NCBI GenBank assembly: GCA_964229195.1
Contig: CAXRAX010000009.1
Coordinates: forward strand, 2,145 to 66,144
DNA from: Chitinophagaceae bacterium
GTDB lineage: Bacteria > Bacteroidota > Bacteroidia > Chitinophagales > Chitinophagaceae
Length of the DNA: 64,000 bases
Direction of reading: 5' to 3'
The position numbers and the translations under genes are program-made. Position 1 is the first letter of the stretch. Each line of letters opens with the position of its first letter. Shown here piece by piece: positions 57,501 through 64,000 of this stretch. The notes under the pieces were generated by a model, which worked only from the letters and a program-made list of their open reading frames with translations, did no database searches and was not told where the DNA came from.

Positions 57501-58968
57501 TCAAAAACAGGATCCGCTGTGAATTACCGGTGGTGTCTGGCGGTACATCCTGTGAAAATTCGCCTACTTGATAGACCCGTCCGTTGTACGTATACTGAAA
57601 CGCTACTCCCAATACTTCATCGGGCTGTAGTGGCTGGTTCAAGGAAATGAATCCGATCTGCTTGTTGAAATAATAATCGGTGGGCTGCAGTTTGCGGGCG
57701 AAGGTTTTTTCGAAATCCTGCACCGGATCCAGTCCCAGGTTATTCAATTCATTCTGCGTCAGCGACGAGTTCCGGTAATTGGGGTTGGTGGTCAGGATCC
57801 GATACAGGTTGTTGGCATCGTTGCGGGGAAGGGCATCGCCCGAACCGGTGAGCAGCGGACTGTACGGATTGCGCTCACCCAGATCCATGAATCCCACTAC
57901 ATCCCGCGTATCGGTGGTGCTGCCGTTTCGGTTGGTCACCCAAACTTCCACGCGAAGGATCTGCACCCGGGAGTTCACGATGGGCAATTGCTTCATCGCA
58001 GTGTTGAAATTCTTATAGAAATATTCGCCCAGCAGGAAGTGTCGGTTCTCATCGTATTCATCTGCTTTGAGCGAAAACCGCTGTGCCGTGGTACCTCCCT
58101 GTAAGCCCAGGCTTTGCCGTTGCGATTGCTGATTGGCCAAGACGGTGGTCACGAATAATTTTCCGAATTGCAATTGGGTTTTGATCCCAAACAAGGATTG
58201 GGCACCGGGGATCAGGGTCCCCTTCGAAGCAAACGACGTATTACCGGCCTGGAATTGCCGAATGATGTCATCGTCCTTTCCCTTGAAATCCAATTTCAGT
58301 TGATTCTCGAAGTTGAAATTGGCCAAGGTGTTGTAATTGATCGGGAGCTTGAGTTTTTCACCGATCTGGGCATCCATCTGCAATTGGGAGTTCATATTGA
58401 AATCGAACCCGCCGTTGCGCCGGGCCCGCTCGGGCAGCGTGGGATTGGCGATGTTCTGTCCCTGGTAACCCGCCAGAAAATCAACATAGCCGGAAGGCTT
58501 GATCTCGATCTTCACTTTTCCGTCGGCGCCCGTACCCATGATGCGGTTGAACCAATCGTTTGACATCCGGTACTGGGGCTTGTCGAGCCGCCGGTTCATG
58601 CTAAAAAGCAGATCGGCCCGCTTGCGGAAATAATCGGCCTCGTCCTTTCGGCTCTGCCAACGACGGTATTCCTCGGCGCTAAGAGAGGTGGTCGGACGAT
58701 AGGCCCGGCTCCCCACTTTTTCGCTGAGGATGTATTGGCCGCTGATCGGATCGTACTCGATCCGCCGACGCAAGTAACCGGTATCGCGAAAATCAAAGGC
58801 GTGGGATCGACGAGCTAAACTGAATGGATCCCCATAGCGATCGTACAAGGGAAAACGCAGCGAGTCGCTGCGGGTGGAATCCGAGCGAATCTGTCCAAAG
58901 GCCTCCCCGAGGAAAAAGGCCCAGAAAAAAGGCCCGATGAAAAAAATATGTGCGGTCCGAAGCTTCAA
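51583..58968 (-). CDS. sprA: T9SS outer-membrane translocon SprA/Sov
   Basis: 2461-aa ORF directly downstream of ruvA, which is the usual Bacteroidota arrangement. It has a signal-like N-terminus, and its size and overall sequence character match SprA. The start is apparently a TTG at 58968. Confidence 0.9.
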   Translation of the reverse strand: MKLRTAHIFFIGPFFWAFFLGEAFGQIRSDSTRSDSLRFPLYDRYGDPFSLARRSHAFDFRDTGYLRRRIEYDPISGQYILSEKVGSRAYRPTTSLSAEEYRRWQSRKDEADYFRKRADLLFSMNRRLDKPQYRMSNDWFNRIMGTGADGKVKIEIKPSGYVDFLAGYQGQNIANPTLPERARRNGGFDFNMNSQLQMDAQIGEKLKLPINYNTLANFNFENQLKLDFKGKDDDIIRQFQAGNTSFASKGTLIPGAQSLFGIKTQLQFGKLFVTTVLANQQSQRQSLGLQGGTTAQRFSLKADEYDENRHFLLGEYFYKNFNTAMKQLPIVNSRVQILRVEVWVTNRNGSTTDTRDVVGFMDLGERNPYSPLLTGSGDALPRNDANNLYRILTTNPNYRNSSLTQNELNNLGLDPVQDFEKTFARKLQPTDYYFNKQIGFISLNQPLQPDEVLGVAFQYTYNGRVYQVGEFSQDVPPDTTGNSQRILFLKLLKATSQRTNLPIWKLMMKNVYSVGFGQLERQDFTLDLLYEEPSLGEKRYLPPSDVVDPYKGQPIISLVNLDRLNNQNDPQPDGVFDFIEGFTVISQQSRVIFPVLEPFGRDLDYVYPNATVRDKYLYYPLYDTIKAIAQTYANLNRFKIVGRSKSSGMGGAGGMGGTGGMGGNGGTAEYQLGFNIPRGSVTVTAGGQVLVENVDYEINYDLGTLRVINQAIISSGVPVNINYENNQAFGFQQRNFLGLRLDYLASKKLTLGGTVVRLGERPFFIKQLYGEDPIRNTMYGFDLDYNSEVPRLTKLLDKLPFYSTKAPSSITSYAEAAVLQPGHARQINGTNTDGSRDRSGQVYLDDFEGSRAGIDLRFPLISWTLASIPQNNGLFPESALSNDLGSGYNRAKLAWYNIEPVLQERRNPNNPLQNSLDELSRPETRQVLQKEIFPRRSTQFGEGLLTTFDLAFYPKDRGPYNFETRNARVDANGRLLNPRQSWGGLMRNIDQIDFETGNIEYIEFWLQDPYLANSGNPLGGQLYFNLGNISEDVLRDGKRQYENGLPTPTNNARVDSSTVWGKVPSIPLQVTNAFSTIPDDRQYQDVGFDGLTDGNEKTKFQSYLNTLQTTFGAGSRIYQQALNDPSGDNFKAYRDEQFDQAPVAGILQRYKNINNPHGNSPVANNNSQFVNAFTQYPDAEELNRDNTMNEVEEYFQYRVDILPNMSVGSNFITDVRTPTVTLANGQSRTERWYLFRIPVEQYSRKVGNIPDFKSIRFIRMFMTGFQDSVVLRFGKLELVRNQWRKYRNNLDTTGNFVPIPLPDPVNVNVLAVNVEENDQRQPIVYRIPPGIERQQQLSNNNVALFLNEQAVSMQVCGLPMYESRGIFKNMNIDMRQYARLSMFIHAEDVQGAQPIQFGDLNAVVRIGNDFSGNYYEVKIPLKITPFGERDSLRIWPADNNLDFDLAELTDLKTRRNKLGVSPSRYYKETLPNGRSYAIVGNPNLGEVRGMLLGVENTTQEAMCTEVWFNELRLQQLDEKGGWSALARTDIRLADLGTLSLSGTARSRGFGTLEQRVNERSREDVYTLDASLNLELGKLLPKQVGLQLPMYAAISHRSSTPEYDPYDLDLILKDKLRLAEADKRDSIRNDAQDITTIKTLNFTNVKKLRVGDKKPKLWSLTNFDLNYSYIQTISHNPLIERDEMRRTRGAIGYSYAPQVQPVEPFKKWIKSNSPWLAWLKDFNFNYAPSQISIRADVFRQFGATRPRNVGGGPYRVPETYNKFFTFDRFYILQWNLTRSISIDFNATNNARIDEPAGRIDTDAKKDSVRSNFFKGGRNTNYAQDVTLNYNVPTNKIPLLSWTSLRASYNTKYNWITASLLAKPLGNTLSNTQTRTLNGELKFEDLYNKSRFLRAVYAGSGEQSNEADLDPTGSQDKKGDKSGGGRSNRDKADKSGGRPQTNSEMGSSDDGPKFRYDTIRNKKGKIVRIKKRKIKKPRIPPAMKPLPEVGAVPKFIAKLATSLKRVGIQYTEDFGTSLPGYMDSTVLFGSNIRSGQPGFAYLFGYQPDTSWINRFGAKGLLSRDSLVSAMIQQRYNQRLNLTAQVTPLRDFNIDLNLDKTFDKQYSELYKDTTGFAGLARLNPYAMGSFNISYISFQTLFEPFDPNQVSQTFKQFESNRRLISGKLASVNPYQSGTDADGYFKGYGRYAQDVVIPAFLAAYTDKDPLRVKSVQNSNPSLRSNPFAGLLPLPNWKLTYNGLSRLPGLDKIFTNFSIRHGYRSSLSMNSFNTALLFTDPLRVGFPYFRDTLTGNFVPYFLVPNITIQEAFEPLIELDMTFTNQITTRFEWRKSRQLSLSLIDYQLAENQSTEYTFAFNWRKKGLPFFQNLKIGKNGMKLDNDVTIRMDFSLRDDATSNSKLDQGTSFGTGGQRVIRLAPSIDYVLNNRINLKLYFEQNRNIPKISSAFPITNTRGGVQVRISLAQ
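56971..57024 (-). repeat. Three tandem 18-nt coding repeats inside sprA (MGGxGG x3)
   Basis: The reverse complement reads atgggcggcgccggtggt atgggcggtaccggtggc atgggtggcaatggcggt, which encodes MGGAGG MGGTGG MGGNGG. Confidence 0.85.
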
Positions 58969-58993
58969 AACACAGTCAGTTGGTTCTACCGCC

Positions 58994-59575
58994 TCACACC
59001 CCCCGAAGTGCTTTTTTGATCAGCGCCTCCACCGAGATGTCGGGTTCTGCCTGACGTACCTTTTCAATGGCCTGAGAGGCCGTACTTCTAGGAATTCCGA
59101 GTGCGGTCAACGCCTCTAACGCATCTTGATGCAAAGTATTGTGAATCAATGGAGAAATATTTATTTCCGGCGCCCCCTTGCCCAGCTTGTCGCGCAGCTC
59201 CAAAACCAGGCGCTCTGCCGTCTTTTTTCCGATGCCCTTTACCTTCTCCAAACTCCGTACATCCCCCTGCACAATACAACGGGCCAACTCATTGGGCGGC
59301 ATATACGAGAGCATCATTCGAGCCGTGGCAGCACCAATACCCGACACCCCGATGAGGTTTATAAACATCTCTTTTTCAGCGATTTCTGAAAATCCATAGA
59401 GAATATGCGCATCCTCCCGTACCACCAAATGGGTATAGACGAGGCCTTCCGATTTGCCCTGAAATCCGCTGTATGTGTTCAAGCTAATGTGTACTTCATA
59501 CCCTACCCCGCCCACGTCCACAATGAGTTTGGTGGGACTAACCTCCTGGAAACGACCACGTAAAAAAGCGAACAT
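58994..59575 (-). CDS. ruvA: Holliday junction branch-migration complex subunit RuvA
   Basis: MFAFLRGRF...VDVGGVGYEVHIS and HhH motifs LIGVSGIGAATARMML and LEKVKGIGKKTAERL. Confidence 0.95.
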   Translation of the reverse strand: MFAFLRGRFQEVSPTKLIVDVGGVGYEVHISLNTYSGFQGKSEGLVYTHLVVREDAHILYGFSEIAEKEMFINLIGVSGIGAATARMMLSYMPPNELARCIVQGDVRSLEKVKGIGKKTAERLVLELRDKLGKGAPEINISPLIHNTLHQDALEALTALGIPRSTASQAIEKVRQAEPDISVEALIKKALRGV

Positions 59576-59679
59576 AACGCAATATACCTACCGGGCTCGA
59601 TTTAGCAATGATTGAACGTCAGCCATTTGTATGAACCCACCCCCACTGTAAATAAATTGTTTAACTTTCATTGAAACGA

Positions 59680-60510
59680 ATGCATTATTTCTCAGTGAAA
59701 AGATTTTTGCTATTAATTACGTTTATTCTATCCAGCCTGTTGCTCCGGAGCCAGGCAATGGAAAAGCAACTGAGGGAGGTCATTCAGCTTATTGTGCCCC
59801 GCGAAGGGGGAGGCAATGGGGCTGGGGTTGCCTGGCACCCCATCCAAAAAAAATACTATTCAGCGATTGCGGGAAATACATCATACTCCTTGGGCGTGTA
59901 CGATGTCAACGGCAAACTGATATCCCCCGATAAGCAAGAAACACTTTTCGATGTGCGAGGGATATGGTACAACCCAACCACCGAAAAGCTGCAGATGAAT
60001 GGATACAAAGATTTTGGCTGGGCCGAATATCTTTTAAATGCACAGGGGCTACCCAGTTCTGTGCACAAATTGCATGCTGGTATGAATCAACCAGATCTTA
60101 ACTCGGTAGGGGCCTACGACTATAAAGAAAACTTGGTTTATTTTCTTAACGAGGTGGGTATGGTGGAGGTCTTTGAAGCCAATACAGCCAAATATCAAAG
60201 ACAGTTTAGCCTCAAGTATTTGATTGAGGAAGGGAAGGGATCCTATGAGAACGACGTATTGAACGAATACACGTTCCACGACCAATACAACACTACCTTG
60301 GTATATACAGGATTGATGGGTGCAGAGCTGGGTGTTTTAAATATTTACACCGATCGAATCGAACTCTATAGTTTGAAAACAGGTTACCTGAAAGAAAAAC
60401 TATTACTCCCTAAGGGCACAGCCACTCGCAACACGCTTAATTTTTCGTTTGCCAACGGAACCTATTTTCTTTTCGATCAAGATAAGCGTATTTGGCGTGG
60501 GTATAAATGA
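59680..60510 (+). CDS. Hypothetical secreted protein
   Basis: The ATG at 59680 gives MHYFSVKRFLLLITFILSSLLLRSQA (the ORF-track TTG is at 59671). I recognise no family. Confidence 0.6.
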   Translation: MHYFSVKRFLLLITFILSSLLLRSQAMEKQLREVIQLIVPREGGGNGAGVAWHPIQKKYYSAIAGNTSYSLGVYDVNGKLISPDKQETLFDVRGIWYNPTTEKLQMNGYKDFGWAEYLLNAQGLPSSVHKLHAGMNQPDLNSVGAYDYKENLVYFLNEVGMVEVFEANTAKYQRQFSLKYLIEEGKGSYENDVLNEYTFHDQYNTTLVYTGLMGAELGVLNIYTDRIELYSLKTGYLKEKLLLPKGTATRNTLNFSFANGTYFLFDQDKRIWRGYK

Positions 60511-60568
60511 GGAATAAGTAAGTAATTACTGGCCAGTAGTAAAAGGTAATTCTCCCCCTTCATTTTCC

Positions 60569-60576
60569 TATTTTTG
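60569..60576 (+). promoter_or_regulatory. Candidate -7 box TATTTTTG upstream of fabH
   Basis: Perfect TAnnTTTG 18 nt before the ATG at 60595. Confidence 0.4.
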
Positions 60577-60594
60577 CCCGGCTTAATTTACAGT

Positions 60595-61593
60595 ATGTCG
60601 ACACGCCTAACCGCTGCCATTACCGCCGTCGGGGCCTTTCTTCCGGAGGATAAGCTAACCAATGCCGACCTGGAAAAAATGGTGGACACCAACGATGAAT
60701 GGATACGCACCCGCACCGGCATCTCCGAACGCCGCATCCTCAAGGGCGTGGGAAGAGGTACCTCTGAAATGGTGGCCCCGGCCGTCAAGCAACTCTGTGA
60801 AAAGCGGGGGATCGATCCCAAAGAGATCGATTGCCTCATCGTGGCAACGGTGACCCCCGACATGGTCTTTCCCGCCACCGCCAATATCGCCTGTGAAAAG
60901 ATCGGTGCCACGAACGCATACGGGTTCGATCTCTCCGCAGCTTGCTCGGGTTTTCTGTTTGCGTTGAGTCAGGGTGCCGCTCTGATCGAGAGCGGTCGCT
61001 ACAAAAAAGTAGTGGTCTGCGGTGCCGATAAAATGAGTTCCATCGTCGATTATACCGATCGTACCACCTGCGTACTGTTCGGAGATGCCGCCGCCGCCGT
61101 GTTGCTCGAACCCAACACCGAAGGTTACGGATTGATGGATAGCATTCTTCGTTCCGACGGAAGCGGCGCCAATTATCTTCGAATGAAAGCAGGCGGTGCC
61201 AAATTCCCGGCCAGCATCGAAACCGTCATGGCCAAGGAACATTATATCTATCAAGAAGGACAATCTGTTTTCAAGTTCGCCGTCAAAGGCATGGCCGATG
61301 TCAGTGCTGAATTGATGGAGAAGAATAACTTATCGGCCGATGATGTATCGTGGCTGGTGCCCCATCAGGCAAACCTTCGCATCATCGATGCCACGGCCAA
61401 CCGAATGGGATTGTCGCGCGACAAAGTCATGATCAACATTCAGAAATACGGGAATACCACCGCGGCCACCATTCCGCTTTGTCTCTGGGAATGGGAAAGT
61501 CAACTGCGCCAAGGAGAAAACATCGTATTGGCTGCCTTTGGAGGCGGTTTCACTTGGGGCGCTACCTGGGTGAAATGGGCCTATAATTCTTAA
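60595..61593 (+). CDS. fabH: Beta-ketoacyl-ACP synthase III
   Basis: Catalytic triad contexts [23 protein letters not shown] and [10 protein letters not shown]. Confidence 0.93.
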   Translation: MSTRLTAAITAVGAFLPEDKLTNADLEKMVDTNDEWIRTRTGISERRILKGVGRGTSEMVAPAVKQLCEKRGIDPKEIDCLIVATVTPDMVFPATANIACEKIGATNAYGFDLSAACSGFLFALSQGAALIESGRYKKVVVCGADKMSSIVDYTDRTTCVLFGDAAAAVLLEPNTEGYGLMDSILRSDGSGANYLRMKAGGAKFPASIETVMAKEHYIYQEGQSVFKFAVKGMADVSAELMEKNNLSADDVSWLVPHQANLRIIDATANRMGLSRDKVMINIQKYGNTTAATIPLCLWEWESQLRQGENIVLAAFGGGFTWGATWVKWAYNS

Positions 61594-61603
61594 AACTTGC
61601 CTT

Positions 61604-62815
61604 ATGGAAACCAAGTTTCCGCTTACGGGTTGGAGTTCCGTTGCCATTCACGGCGGACACCAAGCCGACCCCCGTCACGCCCACCTCACGCCCATCTACG
61701 CCAGCAGCACCTATGTGTTCGATACGGCAGAACAAGGCATGAACCGGTTTACGGGTAAAGAACCCGGATACATCTACGCCCGGTTCGGAAATCCCACCAT
61801 CACCGAAGCAGCCGACAAGATCGCCGCCCTCGAAACCTTTGGCTTGAACATCCCGGCCAAAGCCATTTTACATGCCTCCGGCATGGCAGCCCTGACTACC
61901 CTATTTCTTTCTAACCTGAAAGCCGGTGAGAAGATCCTCACCCATTTTTCACTCTACGGCGGAACCGAAGAACTGATTCACCGCGTACTGAAAGACCTGC
62001 AGATCGAAGCAGTGATCACCGACCTGCACGACCTGAATAACGCTGAAGCCATCCTTCAACGCGACCCGTCCATTCGGATGGTTTACCTCGAAACACCGGC
62101 CAATCCCACCCTGCAATGCATCGATCTAGAGGGGCTGATCGGCCTGGCCAAAAAATATGGGAAGAAAGTGGCTTGCGATAACACCTTTGCCACCCCTTAC
62201 CTGCAACAACCCTTCGCGTTCGGAGCCGATTTCATCATGCACTCCACCACGAAATTCCTGAACGGACACGGCACCGCGATCGGCGGCGTGCTGGTGGGTA
62301 CCGATGTAGAATTCATGAGCACGATCGTCACCAAAAAACATCGCTTGCTAGGCGCCAATGCCAATGGCTTCGATGCTTTCTTGCTGACACAAGGCATCAA
62401 AACACTGGAAGTGCGCATGGAACGTCATTGCCACAATGCCATGGAGGTCGCCCACTTTTTAGACGCCCACCCGGCGGTAGCAAAAGTGAATTATACCGGA
62501 CTGGCACATCACCCCGACCAAGCCATTGCCCACAAACAAATGCGACATCCCGGTGCCATGATGAGTTTCGAATTGAAAAAAGGCATGAGCGGCGGTATGG
62601 AATTCCTGAACCGCTTACAGATGTGCGTCCGGGCCGTTTCGCTCGGCACCTGCGATACGTTACTAAGTCACCCTGCCTCCACGACCCATTTTGGCGTGCC
62701 CAAAGAAGAGAGAGAGAAATATGGGATCACCGACGGACTGATCCGCCTGAGCGTAGGCATGGAAAGCATACAGGATATTTTACATGACCTCGATCAGGCC
62801 CTATCCACACAATAA
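61604..62815 (+). CDS. Cys/Met-metabolism PLP-dependent enzyme (methionine gamma-lyase / O-acetylhomoserine sulfhydrylase-like)
   Basis: IYASSTYVF, YARFGNPT and the PLP-lysine context MHSTTKFLNGHG. 403 aa. Confidence 0.85.
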   Translation: METKFPLTGWSSVAIHGGHQADPRHAHLTPIYASSTYVFDTAEQGMNRFTGKEPGYIYARFGNPTITEAADKIAALETFGLNIPAKAILHASGMAALTTLFLSNLKAGEKILTHFSLYGGTEELIHRVLKDLQIEAVITDLHDLNNAEAILQRDPSIRMVYLETPANPTLQCIDLEGLIGLAKKYGKKVACDNTFATPYLQQPFAFGADFIMHSTTKFLNGHGTAIGGVLVGTDVEFMSTIVTKKHRLLGANANGFDAFLLTQGIKTLEVRMERHCHNAMEVAHFLDAHPAVAKVNYTGLAHHPDQAIAHKQMRHPGAMMSFELKKGMSGGMEFLNRLQMCVRAVSLGTCDTLLSHPASTTHFGVPKEEREKYGITDGLIRLSVGMESIQDILHDLDQALSTQ

Positions 62816-62821
62816 AGCCAC

Positions 62822-63265
62822 ATGCTGATCCGTCGTGCCGTCAAAGAAGATTGCCCTCGCTTGCTGGAACTGATCCGCGAACTGGCCCTCTATGAACGGG
62901 CTCCGGAGGAAGTAACCGTCACCCCGGAGCATTTTACCGAAAGTGGATTTGGAGAGAAGCCGGTCTGGTGGGCCTTCGTGGCCGAAGAAAATGGATTCAT
63001 CCACGGATTTGCCCTGTACTACATCCGATATTCTACCTGGAAAGGTCAGGCCATGTATCTCGAAGACATCATCGTTACGGAAAAAAGCCGCGGAAAAGGC
63101 ATTGGAAAATTATTGTTCGATCGACTCATCGAGGAGGCGAGGGACAAACATTTCAAACGCATCATCTGGCAAGTACTGGAGTGGAACGAGCCCGCGATCA
63201 ACTTCTACAAAAAATACAATGCTGCGTTCGATCCGGAATGGCTGAATGGGTCGATCGATCTGTGA
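62822..63265 (+). CDS. GNAT-family N-acetyltransferase
   Basis: 147 aa with the acetyl-CoA motif YLEDIIVTEKSRGKGIGKLLFDRLI and NEPAINFYKKYNA. Confidence 0.85.
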   Translation: MLIRRAVKEDCPRLLELIRELALYERAPEEVTVTPEHFTESGFGEKPVWWAFVAEENGFIHGFALYYIRYSTWKGQAMYLEDIIVTEKSRGKGIGKLLFDRLIEEARDKHFKRIIWQVLEWNEPAINFYKKYNAAFDPEWLNGSIDL

Positions 63266-63266
63266 A

Positions 63267-64000
63267 TCAGCTTACGCCATCCACGACCATCTCCTTGTTG
63301 ATCTTTTGAACGAGTCCCTGTAATACTTTACCCGGACCAGCCTCCGTAAATCGAGTGGCCCCATCGCCGATCATAGCTTGAACGGATTGGGTCCATTTCA
63401 CCGGACCGGTCAACTGACGGATCAAATTTTGTTTGATCTCAGAAGGCTCGATCACGGCTTTGGCAACGATATTTTGATAAACCGGGCAGACCGGTGAATA
63501 AAAGGTCGATTTTTCGATCGCACCGATCAACTCCTCTTCCGCCACCTTCATGAGCGGCGAATGGAAAGCCCCGCCCACAGGCAGCAGCAATGCGCGCTTG
63601 GCACCAGCCTCCTTCAGCGCAGCACAGGCCTTCTCTACACCGGAGGGAGAACCGCTGATCACGAGCTGACCGGGACAATTATAATTCGCTGCCACCACAA
63701 CATCGTCAATGGCCGCACAAACCTCTTCTACTTTCTCATCGGCCAGTCCCAACACTGCCGCCATGGTACCGGGTTGCTGGTCACAGGCCTTTTGCATCGC
63801 ACGGGCACGGGCCGCCACCAAGTTCAAACCGTCCTCAAAACTCAATACCCCATTGGCGACCAAGGCCGTGAATTCACCGAGGGAATGACCGGCTACCATA
63901 TCCGGCTTCGCTCCATCGATGGAACGAAACGCGATGATCGAGTGCAGAAAAATCGCGGGCTGCGTAACGTTGGTCTGTTTGAGTTGTTCTTCGGTACCCT
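63267..64000 (-). CDS. fabD: ACP S-malonyltransferase (N-terminus beyond the window end)
   Basis: Active-site GHSLGEF. Also AGAKRALLLPVGGAFHSPLM. The frame stays open to the window end. Confidence 0.92.
   Translation of the reverse strand, partial: GTEEQLKQTNVTQPAIFLHSIIAFRSIDGAKPDMVAGHSLGEFTALVANGVLSFEDGLNLVAARARAMQKACDQQPGTMAAVLGLADEKVEEVCAAIDDVVVAANYNCPGQLVISGSPSGVEKACAALKEAGAKRALLLPVGGAFHSPLMKVAEEELIGAIEKSTFYSPVCPVYQNIVAKAVIEPSEIKQNLIRQLTGPVKWTQSVQAMIGDGATRFTEAGPGKVLQGLVQKINKEMVVDGVS

Overview
This 64 kb window reads as a densely packed chromosomal segment of a Bacteroidota genome. A Chitinophagaceae/Sphingobacteriia-like origin is my inference from a SprA T9SS translocon, two type-B CTD cargo genes, a SusC/SusD pair, TAnnTTTG -7 promoter boxes and no obvious Shine-Dalgarno sites. 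I support about 48 protein genes. Most are housekeeping: secA, deoC, maeB, sucD, aspS, pth, rplY, prs, folD, queE, dprA, guaB, lnt, ruvA, fabH and fabD. Envelope genes are interspersed: a Sus-like locus, an OmpA/TolB-like protein, MlaEF and sprA. I saw no rRNA, tRNA, CRISPR array, transposase, integrase or reverse transcriptase. The signals most worth a second look are these. (1) Two four-helix-bundle (23S rRNA IVS-protein/Avd-like) genes are each enclosed by a long-range inverted repeat. The arm sequences are unrelated between the two copies, so the rRNA-IVS stem-plus-ORF architecture recurs at non-rRNA sites. (2) A GC-rich GTCCGC/GCGGAC repeat family sits at the 3' ends of three consecutive genes. 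(3) A compositionally aberrant two-gene module encodes an Arg/Trp-rich ComEA-like helix-hairpin-helix protein with a large barrel-like body plus a smaller barrel-like partner. It lies just upstream of an enzyme-less Sus-like locus. (4) A secreted amidohydrolase pair has three amidohydrolase modules, only one of which keeps the HxH metal motif. (5) An aldehyde-dehydrogenase paralogue lacks the whole catalytic domain. (6) A TAnnTTTG box recurs 3-4 nt before the start codon, implying leaderless mRNAs. All family assignments are by eye from the translated ORFs; no database search was possible.
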